A stretch of DNA of 64,000 nt, from sequence record PV662128.1; one strand, written 5' to 3'. Within the stretch, counting starts at the first letter, position 1. Each line of letters starts with the position of its first letter. Positions 1 through 9,473 of the stretch are shown here, in pieces. The translations under genes were made by a program, and so were the position numbers. The notes under the pieces were generated by a model. It was given only the letters and a program-made list of their open reading frames with translations, did not search any database and was not told where the DNA came from.

Positions 1-37
1 CGTAATAAGAGATAAGAGTGTTTTCGATCTCCCAGAA

Positions 38-361
38 ATGGTTGAAAATGGCTTATTTGTAGAATTCGAGAACAGCGGTCTGAGTTGTCAGGCGGTAGAG
101 ATCTTTAAAGGAGTTTACGTCGTTGCTAATGAAAAAGCGTTGATCGATCTTTGTTTGGAAGTTGGGATGAAGAAACCCAATATACCAGGCTATGTCACCT
201 ATCCTTTAATCGCCCATCACGGCGGAGTTAACCAAGCGGATGAGCTACTAAAAGAAAACTGTTTAATTAGAATTAACCGGATATTCAATTCGATTAGTTA
301 TAACAAGTTTCTCAAAACTGTTTACAATTATAATCACTGGTTAACGTTCCGTGATTTTTAA
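38..361 (+). CDS. hypothetical protein
   Basis: 107-aa ORF in tightly packed + strand run; no motif recognised. Confidence 0.6.
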   Translation: MVENGLFVEFENSGLSCQAVEIFKGVYVVANEKALIDLCLEVGMKKPNIPGYVTYPLIAHHGGVNQADELLKENCLIRINRIFNSISYNKFLKTVYNYNHWLTFRDF

Positions 362-370
362 GGATTTAAT

Positions 371-808
371 ATGAGTCTACGTGCTTTGTATTGTGGTGGT
401 GTTGTTAAAAATGGAATAGTGGCTTGGGGTAATCACATCCCGGTTACTCATCGAGAGACTTTCCTTAAATTCAAATTTCAACTCAAAGGGTGTAAATCCG
501 CTGGATTCTTAGGAGGCGAAGAAGGCTATTTGAAAATTTACGGTAAGAGCATCAGTCTCAATATCGAAGCTAATGATTTTACCAATAAACGAATCAGAGC
601 CGGACAAGACAATTACCGGTTCTTCCGTTGTATGGTAACTGTGGGAAACTACGAGTTCCCGTTATTGTTCTGCGGAACTTACGAACCTGAGTTCTTTGAG
701 TTACGTAAGGAAATCACCAGAGACGAGCTTGATGACGCGTTAAGTCAGCTCGAACAACTCAGTTGCAATTACGTCAGTAACGATCGTAGAACCGTTAACT
801 GGCTTTAG
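371..808 (+). CDS. hypothetical protein
   Basis: 145-aa ORF, AGGA RBS upstream, operon packing. Confidence 0.75.
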   Translation: MSLRALYCGGVVKNGIVAWGNHIPVTHRETFLKFKFQLKGCKSAGFLGGEEGYLKIYGKSISLNIEANDFTNKRIRAGQDNYRFFRCMVTVGNYEFPLLFCGTYEPEFFELRKEITRDELDDALSQLEQLSCNYVSNDRRTVNWL

Positions 809-817
809 GAAAATGAA

Positions 818-3139
818 ATGTTCGAATATCTCATTCAGATAAATCAGGTTCTTTCTTCAGTCCCTATTATCGGTGGGAGTTTAGCGGTAGCCTTAGGCGG
901 CGGGATCATTGCCGCCTTCTGGAAAGGCCCCACGTTACTCTCGAGGATTTTTAACTCCACTGTTGTGGTTTCCTTCACTCTTAATAACTCAGGGTGGGGT
1001 AATAATACCAAGCACTACATTGCGTTTATTAAATGGTTTAACCGTTCAGATATTCTTAAGATAACACGATCTACCGGTTACGAGGCCGTTTACGATAGCT
1101 CTGGTAAAGGACCTAGTGTCGGCAGTCATTTATTTCGATTTAAGAATAAATGGTACTATCTCAAAATCAAAGAACTCCCTTCTACGGGGAGCGAACGTGA
1201 GAAGAAAGAGATATGTATAAAGACATTAGGATGTTCCGTCAGCATTTTCGACGACCTCTTCGAGGCCTTTAAGGATAAGACGGATGACGACGGAGAACTC
1301 AAAGTAAAAAGGTTCAGGGACAATTACTGGTACGACGCTTGCCTTCTCAGCAGGAGGTCGTGGGATACCGTTATCTTAAATAAAGAAAAGAAGGTAGAAA
1401 TAGTCGAACTCATCGAAGAGTTTTACGCGTCGAGGGAGTGGTACAGAGAAAGAGGAATACCGTATAAACTTGTTATCGTTTTGTACGGCCCGGCTGGGAC
1501 GGGTAAAGCCCAACCTTTGCATTCTAAAATCAAAGTCCCAGGTGGTTGGAGTACCATGGGAGACATGCGGGTAGGAACTAAAGTCATTGCCAGAGACGGT
1601 TCTATCACTAAAGTTACTGGAGTCCACCCTCAGGGCATCACTGATGTCTACAGAATAACTTTTGCGGATGGTCGATACACCGATTGCGCCCCGGACCATC
1701 TTTGGAAGATTCATGATAGAGAGGCCCCAGGAGGTAACGTTCGCGGAGGTAATTCTAAGAAAGATGTCAGAACTATTGAAGAGGCGCGTGCTAATAGGTG
1801 GAGAGTCGTTGATACCCTTACACTGATCGATTTATTTAACAGTAAATCAAGGAAGGGGAGGTTGTATGTTCCACTATGCGAACCCGAACAGAATAAAGAT
1901 AAACAATATTTCGTCGATCCTTATTTGCTAGGCGTCATTCTAGGTGATGGAAACACGGGTGGAATGGTGAAGATCACTAAACCCTATCAGCAACTTTTTG
2001 ATAAAATACAAACCCTTCTGCCCGACTGGATGGAATGTGTTTGGGTGACCGAACTCACGTTTAAACTAAGGAGGAAAAAGAACGCCGAACGATACCAAAG
2101 AAATGAGGTCGTGGATGGGTTAAGAAAGCTCGATATTTTAGCACTCAGGAGCTGGGAGAAGTTCATACCTCAGGAATACCTTGAGGGGTCCGCCGCACAA
2201 CGTTTAGCGTTACTTCAAGGTCTTCTAGACACCGACGGCACGGTCGATAAGAAAACTAAAACACCTTCCTTTAGTTCTTCTTCTGAAAAACTGGCTAAAG
2301 GCGTACAGTACTTAGTAAGGTCGTTAGGCGGGATGGCTAAGATTTCTACCCGAATCCCGCACTATACGTATAAAGGAGAACGTAAAGAGGGGAGAATGGA
2401 TTACCGAGTATATATTCGATTCCCTAACCCTGAATTACTCTTTACGTTAGACCACAAAAAGGAGAGAGCACAAAAAACCCAGTATTCTGAGAATTTAAAA
2501 TTGAAAATCGTTTCCATCGAGAAAATTGCTCAGGAGGAAACCCAGTGTATCACAGTAGAGGACCGCGAACATCTTTACATTACCGATGATTTCATAGTAA
2601 CACACAACACCACCGTTATCAAAGCGTTAGCACGCTTGTTTAACAAGAACCTTAACCTTATTTATCTTCACCAAATGACAGATAATACATTTCCGGCCAG
2701 CATAGAGGCAGTAGAACAAGGTTCTTTTATTGCCATAGAAGATTTTGATACGGTTTCTTCTATAGGGTCGAGGACCAAACCTAAAGAGGAGAAAGATCCG
2801 TTCCAAATAGACCTTTCGGACGGAGGATTAAATCTGACCACGGTTTTAAATACATTGGATGGGATAGCCGAATTGAACGGTCAGGTCATCTTTATGTCGA
2901 CTAACCATCTTGAAAAGATCGATAGTGCGCTGATCCGAACCGGTAGGGTAGACGCAAAAATCCATATCGGTCTTTTAGGTAAAGAAGAAGTCGAAGATTT
3001 CATTCAAATGATGTATCCCGGAACAGAGGCTGATTTGGATTTTGTTACAGAAATATCCGGATCGGATCTTCAGTCGTATGCGTTAGCCAACAAAAGAAAT
3101 TCGGAAGGTTTCTTAAAAGAGCTTAAGGGCCACTTCTAA
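818..3139 (+). CDS. BCS1-like membrane-anchored AAA+ ATPase precursor containing an intein (about 406 aa after splicing)
   Basis: N-terminal hydrophobic segment; Walker A GPAGTGK|T split by intein; Walker B IAIEDFD; LNTLDG and MSTNHLEKIDSALIRTGRVD match the BCS1-clade signature. Confidence 0.85.
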   Translation: MFEYLIQINQVLSSVPIIGGSLAVALGGGIIAAFWKGPTLLSRIFNSTVVVSFTLNNSGWGNNTKHYIAFIKWFNRSDILKITRSTGYEAVYDSSGKGPSVGSHLFRFKNKWYYLKIKELPSTGSEREKKEICIKTLGCSVSIFDDLFEAFKDKTDDDGELKVKRFRDNYWYDACLLSRRSWDTVILNKEKKVEIVELIEEFYASREWYRERGIPYKLVIVLYGPAGTGKAQPLHSKIKVPGGWSTMGDMRVGTKVIARDGSITKVTGVHPQGITDVYRITFADGRYTDCAPDHLWKIHDREAPGGNVRGGNSKKDVRTIEEARANRWRVVDTLTLIDLFNSKSRKGRLYVPLCEPEQNKDKQYFVDPYLLGVILGDGNTGGMVKITKPYQQLFDKIQTLLPDWMECVWVTELTFKLRRKKNAERYQRNEVVDGLRKLDILALRSWEKFIPQEYLEGSAAQRLALLQGLLDTDGTVDKKTKTPSFSSSSEKLAKGVQYLVRSLGGMAKISTRIPHYTYKGERKEGRMDYRVYIRFPNPELLFTLDHKKERAQKTQYSENLKLKIVSIEKIAQEETQCITVEDREHLYITDDFIVTHNTTVIKALARLFNKNLNLIYLHQMTDNTFPASIEAVEQGSFIAIEDFDTVSSIGSRTKPKEEKDPFQIDLSDGGLNLTTVLNTLDGIAELNGQVIFMSTNHLEKIDSALIRTGRVDAKIHIGLLGKEEVEDFIQMMYPGTEADLDFVTEISGSDLQSYALANKRNSEGFLKELKGHF
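1508..2608 (+). mobile_element. class 3 intein with LAGLIDADG homing endonuclease (367 aa)
   Basis: Starts AQPL after Walker A Lys, ends IVTHN with Thr +1; block B DHLW, block F TQCITV; LAGLIDADG motifs LLGVILGDG and LLQGLLDTDG. Confidence 0.92.
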
Positions 3140-3166
3140 TAACCATTTATTTTAGGACAAACATCG

Positions 3167-3721
3167 ATGATTTTACAAGCAGTTAGCGTCGGTGGTAAGA
3201 AAACCACCATAGAACTAGAAGAAGGGCTTGTTAATGTTTGGTTGTTAGCCAAGCACGACGTCTTCTTACAAAACTTACCTCCTCTGGTTTGCCACGCGTT
3301 GATTAAAGAACATATCGAACGCAATATTACCCGCCGACCTGACATTCCTTTAACAGCGCAAGTACGCGAGCTGATGTATCGTGATATTACCATTAAGCTC
3401 AACGGTAAAGCTAACTCGGTTATTCCTGTGGTTAAAGTAAGGCCCAGTAAAACCAGAAATCAGCTGAACCGAATCGTCAAAGAGTACTTCACGGTAAACA
3501 GCATGGAATTCGATAAGAAACTCACTGTTGGTGAAATGCGTAAATTGGAGAAACATCTCCTTTCTTTTTACAAAGAGCCCGTGCAGATTCACAAGAAAGA
3601 ATTCCCTAATGGGGTTTATGAACTCATCGGCGTGGAATACGAAAATGGGCGGTTTGAAATAACCTTCTCTGACGATTTCTTCTTCGCTTTATATAAGGGA
3701 CCTGAATACCATGTTCAATAA
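3167..3721 (+). CDS. hypothetical protein
   Basis: 184-aa ORF with AGGA RBS. Confidence 0.75.
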   Translation: MILQAVSVGGKKTTIELEEGLVNVWLLAKHDVFLQNLPPLVCHALIKEHIERNITRRPDIPLTAQVRELMYRDITIKLNGKANSVIPVVKVRPSKTRNQLNRIVKEYFTVNSMEFDKKLTVGEMRKLEKHLLSFYKEPVQIHKKEFPNGVYELIGVEYENGRFEITFSDDFFFALYKGPEYHVQ

Positions 3722-4115
3722 TGTCATTTTATTTGTCTTTGAAGACAATGAGCTTGCTACGCAATATACCGTGGTTAACAAAGGCGGAACAAGAAGATTA
3801 ACTAAGCCGGGTTACGGCGCCCTTCTATCTGACATCAAAGCCAGAGTGGGGGAAAGCAGTTACCGTAACAGCATTGTGGTATTTGTACGAAGAGGGGTTT
3901 TCTTTGTTTTCATGTGCGGGTCCGTTCTATACGGGTTGGTGGGTGATCTCGATCACCTATCCTGTTCTTCTACCGAGGAGGAAATTGATTTCGAAAATGC
4001 TTTTTGTGCGGAAGATCCTTATGATTCGGAAATCCTTCACCGATCCGTACCCATAATCGAAGGATCAAAATCAGATTTAATTTCGTCATATAAATTAGCG
4101 GAGGATGAGATATGA
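3711..4115 (+). CDS. hypothetical protein
   Basis: 134-aa ORF overlapping both neighbours. Confidence 0.7.
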   Translation: MFNNVILFVFEDNELATQYTVVNKGGTRRLTKPGYGALLSDIKARVGESSYRNSIVVFVRRGVFFVFMCGSVLYGLVGDLDHLSCSSTEEEIDFENAFCAEDPYDSEILHRSVPIIEGSKSDLISSYKLAEDEI

Positions 4116-5104
4116 TTATTGCTTTAAAAACGTTTGTTGGTAGTAAACTGTTTGGATTAGAAACAAATAATTCGGATACGGATATAAAGGGAATTTATAT
4201 TCCTTCTGCCAAAGATATTCTTCTGCATCGTTATTACCCTGTGATCGATAAATCTTCTAATAAGGGGACTTATCGAGCCAACAAGCCGGAAGATACAGAT
4301 GAAGTCTATTTCTCTTTGGACAAGTTTATCGAGCTTCTCATAAAAGCTGATACAACAGCTTTCGATATGCTGCACGCACCAGAAAGCAAAATCCTCATCT
4401 CCACTGACATTCATCACGAGCTTTGGAGAAACCGGTCCAAGTTTTATACCAGCCGATTGGATGGTCTGTTCGGCCAGGTTATTGCCGAAGCGAACACTTA
4501 CGGTGTTAGGAGTATGCGAGCTGCCGCTTTAAAAGAGGTCGTTGAAATCGTTTCTTCGTGGGATGATTTTAAATTGTCGGGTTGCAAATTGGGCGGACTG
4601 ATTTCCCAGCTCCCAGTCGATAATGTTTACACGCGTTATACGCGGGATGAGACACAGAGGGCCGGTTGTCAGGATTTCTATGAAATTCTAGATCGTAAAT
4701 TTCAGTACACCATCTCGGCTTTGAAATTCAAAACCGCTATCCTGGAATTATGGAGTGCCTACGGAGAAAGGGTTAAGAAGGTGGAGTTATCTGGGGGTAA
4801 TGATTGGAAGGCGTTAAGTCATGCTTTCAGAATCGGATATCAGCTATTAGATATCTACCGAGAAGGCGATTATACCTTTCCTTTAAAACAAAGCTCTACG
4901 ATCATGAAAATTAAACTCGGGGAGGTTTCAGAAGAAGAATCAAGAGAGATGCTGAATCAACTCATTTCCGATGTTAAAACCGCAGCAGGTAAATCTGGAC
5001 TTCCCACTGAGATTGACCCAGAACCCTGGTACGATTGGGTGGCAGACGTTTACGCTGGAGTAGTGAAGAAAGCTTACTTACCTAAAGGATTCAGATTATC
5101 GTAA
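4112..5104 (+). CDS. Pol-beta-superfamily nucleotidyltransferase (T4 NrdC.11/RlaP-like)
   Basis: N-terminal GSKLFGLETNNSDTDIKGIY (GS..DxD) motif, helical C-terminus with WKALSHAFR. Confidence 0.8.
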   Translation: MIIALKTFVGSKLFGLETNNSDTDIKGIYIPSAKDILLHRYYPVIDKSSNKGTYRANKPEDTDEVYFSLDKFIELLIKADTTAFDMLHAPESKILISTDIHHELWRNRSKFYTSRLDGLFGQVIAEANTYGVRSMRAAALKEVVEIVSSWDDFKLSGCKLGGLISQLPVDNVYTRYTRDETQRAGCQDFYEILDRKFQYTISALKFKTAILELWSAYGERVKKVELSGGNDWKALSHAFRIGYQLLDIYREGDYTFPLKQSSTIMKIKLGEVSEEESREMLNQLISDVKTAAGKSGLPTEIDPEPWYDWVADVYAGVVKKAYLPKGFRLS

Positions 5105-5179
5105 CGACAGCGATGATTTAGGGAGTCGTTTTCCTGTAGGTGATTTATTTTCCTCTTCCTCTTAATCAGGATCTTTAAA

Positions 5180-5446
5180 ATGAAATATTTCTTAGGGTTG
5201 TTAGTTTTGTGTTGCGGTCTGTCTTATGCAAAAAACTCTACAGTTACCGGGAGTTGTGTAGCGATGGACCATTACGAAAAGACTGTCTATCAGTGTAGCG
5301 ATGGGACAGTGACTGTCATGGACCACGACAACGCGACCATTTGTCGTCCTAATGATTCCGCTGTGACTGGGGGCGCTCAGCGCTGCTACCGGGTGGATTT
5401 AAAAACTGGGGAGACACATGAAATAGAAAAAGGAGTTAACAAATGA
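5180..5446 (+). CDS. putative secreted/periplasmic small protein
   Basis: Signal-peptide-like N-terminus MKYFLGLLVLCCGLSYA; four further Cys in the mature part. Confidence 0.65.
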   Translation: MKYFLGLLVLCCGLSYAKNSTVTGSCVAMDHYEKTVYQCSDGTVTVMDHDNATICRPNDSAVTGGAQRCYRVDLKTGETHEIEKGVNK

Positions 5447-5655
5447 TTGATTTCTTTTTCGCTCCGGTTTCTAAGGGATGGTTTATCGTTCAGGTCATGT
5501 GTACGGTTTACGCTTTATTAAAATGCGTAACGTCCTATATCGAATTCTGTAAGAACCCGAATAAAATTGATCTGATCATTTATTGGATTCAGGCGGGACT
5601 CGGGATAATCGTAACAACAAAAACAATTTGTTTCTTGGCGGCTGGGAGTTTCTAA
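5443..5655 (+). CDS. small membrane protein
   Basis: 70 aa, two hydrophobic segments. Confidence 0.65.
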   Translation: MIDFFFAPVSKGWFIVQVMCTVYALLKCVTSYIEFCKNPNKIDLIIYWIQAGLGIIVTTKTICFLAAGSF

Positions 5656-5731
5656 ATGAAAGGCGTTCCCAATCGACCGGGGATAAGCTCAGACACTTGA
5701 AAATCCACAGTACCCTGGAGGTTCCTCTGGT

Positions 5732-6070
5732 ATGGAACATGAATTAAAAATATCTTTAGCGAGTTACGGAAGATTAACTATATTAAACCCACTCAGAGGG
5801 ATCATAGGACATTTTGTCCCAAGATTAATAGTAGAGTGGTCAGTAGAAGAAAGAACGCTCAGATTCCGTCCTAGCGGCACTGAGGGGAATAAGTATTATA
5901 AAGGGTTTATTAAGTTAAGTCCTACCGCATGCGTCCATTTAATAGCACCTATTCTCAGAAAAGCAGAATACGGTAAAAAGATGGATAATCCAGATATCGT
6001 TGAAGTTCTCGGACATACCGTCACGATCAAAGTCAAAGAACAAGACGGCTGGTACTGCGCACAATTTTAA
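5732..6070 (+). CDS. hypothetical protein, possible AbrB/SpoVT-like fold; paralog of 6557..6964
   Basis: GGAGG RBS; shared motifs VE..RT.RF and DGWY with 6557 ORF. Confidence 0.7.
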   Translation: MEHELKISLASYGRLTILNPLRGIIGHFVPRLIVEWSVEERTLRFRPSGTEGNKYYKGFIKLSPTACVHLIAPILRKAEYGKKMDNPDIVEVLGHTVTIKVKEQDGWYCAQF

Positions 6071-6097
6071 CTCGAATATCAATTTAGGAAAAATATC

Positions 6098-6547
6098 ATG
6101 CGATTAGATAACATTTGGTTTTTCGGTATAGACGCAGAAGATCTAGAAAATTTTAAAGCGATCTTTACTGTAGAAGGGTTAAAGGAACCCTTCGATTTTA
6201 ATTTCATTCCCTTCAACATTTCGGCTCAGTCGATGGTCGCTCACACCAAAGAACTGACGATCACGCTTTACCCCGTTAAAGAGAAAATTTTATTAAACGG
6301 TAAAGTAGAACAAACGATCTTTAAAGGCTCCGACGGAAGGCTGTATTTTAACTTGGGTTCGATTATCCAGGTGATGAATAGCCGAATAGCCGCCTTTGTA
6401 GCTAAATCCTTTTCTGGGTTTAATAAACTGGGTTGGTTTATTAAAGAGATTGAGGGAACTCATATTTTGTTTAACGCCCAGAGCTTCAGTGACGAGGGGC
6501 TGATTAAACTGTATCGGTCTTCCACAATAACGGATAGCGCAAACTGA
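6098..6547 (+). CDS. hypothetical protein
   Basis: 149-aa ORF with AGGA RBS. Confidence 0.75.
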   Translation: MRLDNIWFFGIDAEDLENFKAIFTVEGLKEPFDFNFIPFNISAQSMVAHTKELTITLYPVKEKILLNGKVEQTIFKGSDGRLYFNLGSIIQVMNSRIAAFVAKSFSGFNKLGWFIKEIEGTHILFNAQSFSDEGLIKLYRSSTITDSAN

Positions 6548-6556
6548 GGAAACTTT

Positions 6557-6964
6557 ATGTTCGTTCCAATAAACTCCGTGGTGGATGACCGGCCCAAAAT
6601 AACAAACAACGTTATCAGTATTTCTAAGACCGGGCTGTGTCGGTTTTACGAGGCCTTTGGTAAAAAGATCACAGCCGATGGTAATAGTTTGGCGGTAGAG
6701 TACGATCCCCTTCTCCGAACTATCCGATTCAAATCTTCGGCTACGGGAAACCGAAAAATAAAAAACATGGCGTTTACTATTAAGGGCCGGATCGCTAAAG
6801 AGATAGTGGGCGGCATCCTTACTTCTTTCTTACACGGGGCATATTTCGAGAAGTGTAAACAAACTGGTTTCAATACCGTGGCTTTTATACCCACTCTAAA
6901 AAGTGACGGTTGGTATTATATCGAACCAGGTAAAAGGGTGGGAAAAGGAGAATCATCGTGGTAA
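6557..6964 (+). CDS. hypothetical protein, paralog of 5732..6070
   Basis: GAGGA RBS; LAVEYDPLLRTIRFKSS...DGWY similarity. Confidence 0.7.
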   Translation: MFVPINSVVDDRPKITNNVISISKTGLCRFYEAFGKKITADGNSLAVEYDPLLRTIRFKSSATGNRKIKNMAFTIKGRIAKEIVGGILTSFLHGAYFEKCKQTGFNTVAFIPTLKSDGWYYIEPGKRVGKGESSW

Positions 6965-7149
6965 TCTCAAACGCTGTTATCGTGTTGGTGGTTTGGCTCA
7001 CCGTTATCCCTCTCCTGATCTGGGAGACGCGTAACGACGGTTACAAGCCGATGAAGCGCTATATCTTCATCGTCATATGGCCTATCTCTGCAGTAGGGAT
7101 ATTTTTACATATCGTCTGGCAACTCCTGAAATATAAAGGATGGAAATAA
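6958..7149 (+). CDS. small membrane protein
   Basis: 63 aa, two TM-like segments. Confidence 0.65.
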   Translation: MVISNAVIVLVVWLTVIPLLIWETRNDGYKPMKRYIFIVIWPISAVGIFLHIVWQLLKYKGWK

Positions 7150-7496
7150 TGGGAATATTCTACGCCGGATTAATCCTTATTACTGGCCTTTTATTCGGGG
7201 TGGGATACTTGCTCTTTAAAAAGAGAAAAGACCCGCAGCTGGTATACTGGGACGACTGGATAAAACTTCATTGGAAGAAGTTTTTAATTGTCTTAATGAT
7301 CTCGCTGGGTGTTTATACTCTAATTTGTATCAAGCCCCTTTACCACACAACCAAATGTTACTTCTACGGTAAAACGTATAAGACATACACCGAATACAGT
7401 TGGATTCTTGGTGAGTGTTTGTATAAAGGTAAGACTGGGGCGATGTTACCTTTGCAGATCACTCGGGATAATCCAGACGGAGACGTCGAGGAGTAG
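7140..7496 (+). CDS. membrane protein
   Basis: Two TM-like segments followed by Cys/Tyr-rich soluble part. Confidence 0.7.
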   Translation: MEIMGIFYAGLILITGLLFGVGYLLFKKRKDPQLVYWDDWIKLHWKKFLIVLMISLGVYTLICIKPLYHTTKCYFYGKTYKTYTEYSWILGECLYKGKTGAMLPLQITRDNPDGDVEE

Positions 7497-7499
7497 AAC

Positions 7500-7937
7500 A
7501 TGATTTGGGTAAAACAAGCCTGTTCGTTATGGTACGAAAAAAGAACATTGAAGGACTGGGGGGAGATCCTTACTTTTATTAGTATGTTCTGTCTGATTGT
7601 AACACTATGTGCAAGTTTTGCAACTAGTTCTGTTCTTTGGCTAACATTGTGTGCGATCAATATAGTACTGATGATTTCTTTAGGGCCTTTGTTCGACTGG
7701 TTACACAAAAACAAATCCACGATCGTAATGAGGGTGGAGCGCGAAAGGATGTTAAAAGATCCTTTCGATAGCATGATCCACGCTTATTTAGAAACCGACG
7801 GCGCTGATATTGAAGAACTGTTGGACGTACTGCGAATGGATTCGTTTACGTTACACAATCAAATTAAAAACGCGGAGCTTAAAAGTAGGGTATCTGACGC
7901 TATCGCCAAGATGCGGCAAAAACAAAGCTCAAATTAA
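7500..7937 (+). CDS. membrane protein
   Basis: Two TM-like segments plus helical C-terminal region. Confidence 0.7.
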   Translation: MIWVKQACSLWYEKRTLKDWGEILTFISMFCLIVTLCASFATSSVLWLTLCAINIVLMISLGPLFDWLHKNKSTIVMRVERERMLKDPFDSMIHAYLETDGADIEELLDVLRMDSFTLHNQIKNAELKSRVSDAIAKMRQKQSSN

Positions 7938-7949
7938 TTAGGAAAACAA

Positions 7950-8813
7950 ATGAAAACAGCAGAACAACAGTATTTGGATTTAGGGTCTCGCATTGTCGAA
8001 GAAGGCGTGTGGGTAGAGAACAAACGAACCGGCGTTCGTTGTCTAACTGTGGCCAATGAAACTCTTCATTACGACGTGGAAAACGGACGGACTCCTGTTC
8101 TCTCCACTCGCCCCGTCCCTTATAAAGGAGGGTTAGGGGAATTCATCGCTTACCTGCAAGGGAAAGGGAACGCTGCTGAATTCCGCGAACTGGGTTCCAA
8201 CACCTGGAACTCTAATGCCAATGAGAACGAAGCCTGGTTGAAAAATCCTAACCGTAAAGGCGAGGATGACATGGGTCGAGTCTATGGTGTTCAAGGGCGG
8301 GATTGGACTAACCAATTCGGAGCGAAGCTGGACCAGCTGAAGAAAATCATTGACAACCTTAATCGGGGAATTGATGATCGCGGAGAGATTCTGTCTTTCT
8401 GGAATCCCGGGGAATTTGATTATGGGTGTTTGCGTCCGTGTATGCATACACACCAGTTTACATTACTCGGTAATAAACTCCACCTTACCTCAATTCAAAG
8501 ATCGGCGGATTGGGCGTTAGGTTTAACATCAAATATGCTCCAGTGTTATTTCTTGCTACAACTGATGTCGCAGGTTACTGGATATACCGCAGGTCAGGTC
8601 ACTCATCATGTGATCAACGCGCATATCTACGAGAACCAACTGGAGTTGGCTAAAGAGCAACTCAAAAGGACCCCTCACCGAACAGACACTCAGTTCTGGG
8701 TTAATCCAAATATCCGCACCCTGGAAGATATCGATAAGATGACTAAGCATGACGTCAAACTCATCGGTTACTTCAGCGATTATGATCCGATTGTTTATCC
8801 GTTCACGGTGTAA
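7950..8813 (+). CDS. thyA: thymidylate synthase
   Basis: LRPCMH catalytic Cys, QRSAD, NAHIYENQ, RTG motifs. Confidence 0.97.
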   Translation: MKTAEQQYLDLGSRIVEEGVWVENKRTGVRCLTVANETLHYDVENGRTPVLSTRPVPYKGGLGEFIAYLQGKGNAAEFRELGSNTWNSNANENEAWLKNPNRKGEDDMGRVYGVQGRDWTNQFGAKLDQLKKIIDNLNRGIDDRGEILSFWNPGEFDYGCLRPCMHTHQFTLLGNKLHLTSIQRSADWALGLTSNMLQCYFLLQLMSQVTGYTAGQVTHHVINAHIYENQLELAKEQLKRTPHRTDTQFWVNPNIRTLEDIDKMTKHDVKLIGYFSDYDPIVYPFTV

Positions 8814-8874
8814 GGTAAACTTACTTTCCGGTTAGTTTATTTACAACTCATCGTCCTCCTATTGGTTAAACACT

Positions 8875-8908
8875 TTATTCTACTCGGGGAAATCCCCGAG
8901 TAGAATAA
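8875..8908. terminator. intergenic 15-bp stem-loop, probable terminator
   Basis: TTATTCTACTCGGGG-AAAT-CCCCGAGTAGAATAA after thyA. Confidence 0.75.
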
Positions 8909-8931
8909 TTAACTTATAGAAAATATAACCT

Positions 8932-8940
8932 CTACATTAT
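8932..8940 (+). promoter_or_regulatory. candidate phage promoter core CTACATTAT (also at 16391 and 33153)
   Basis: Same 9-mer noticed in three AT-rich intergenic regions upstream of + strand genes. Confidence 0.4.
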
Positions 8941-8975
8941 TAATTTGTAATCACCAACTGTTAAGGAAAGACATC

Positions 8976-9458
8976 ATGAAGCTAGTTAATCAAAAAGTTT
9001 ATATCGTTAAGCCAGGCGATACGCTGTCGGAGATAGCAAACCATTTTTGTGGGGCTCCGGCCATCGGATACGATATAGCTGAGGACAACGGTATAGTTAA
9101 CGCCGGACTCATCTATCAAGGGCAAAGAATCTGGATAAGGGAGGAATTCCTAAAGGAAGAATTTAAGGGCGCTCCTAATGCCCAACCCAAAGAAGAACCT
9201 TTCAGAGAAGGGCAGCATGTTCAGATCACCCCATCGGGTAAATTAACAAGACTGGATCTTCATGACTTGTGTTGGAATACCGAACCATTAGCTAAGGGTT
9301 TCTTCGTGATTGTCGAGATACATCCAAATAAGACAGAGCTTTTAGTGCAAGATAATAAGAACCATCATTATTACTTCAATCTAAATGAATTGAAGGAACT
9401 TGTTCGGGTTCGTGGGGCGATAGAAATTTCCCCTAATCGTTTTATGCCGTTTAGCTAA
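8976..9458 (+). CDS. LysM-domain protein
   Basis: N-terminal YIVKPGDTLSEIA...NGIVNAGLIYQGQRIWI. Confidence 0.85.
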   Translation: MKLVNQKVYIVKPGDTLSEIANHFCGAPAIGYDIAEDNGIVNAGLIYQGQRIWIREEFLKEEFKGAPNAQPKEEPFREGQHVQITPSGKLTRLDLHDLCWNTEPLAKGFFVIVEIHPNKTELLVQDNKNHHYYFNLNELKELVRVRGAIEISPNRFMPFS

Positions 9459-9473
9459 ATCCCCGAGGTTCAC

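Noticed and set aside
7950-8813. thyA as a dCMP hydroxymethylase for DNA modification
   Set aside because: The dUMP-specificity Asn is retained (GLTSN) and the sequence resembles ordinary gammaproteobacterial ThyA
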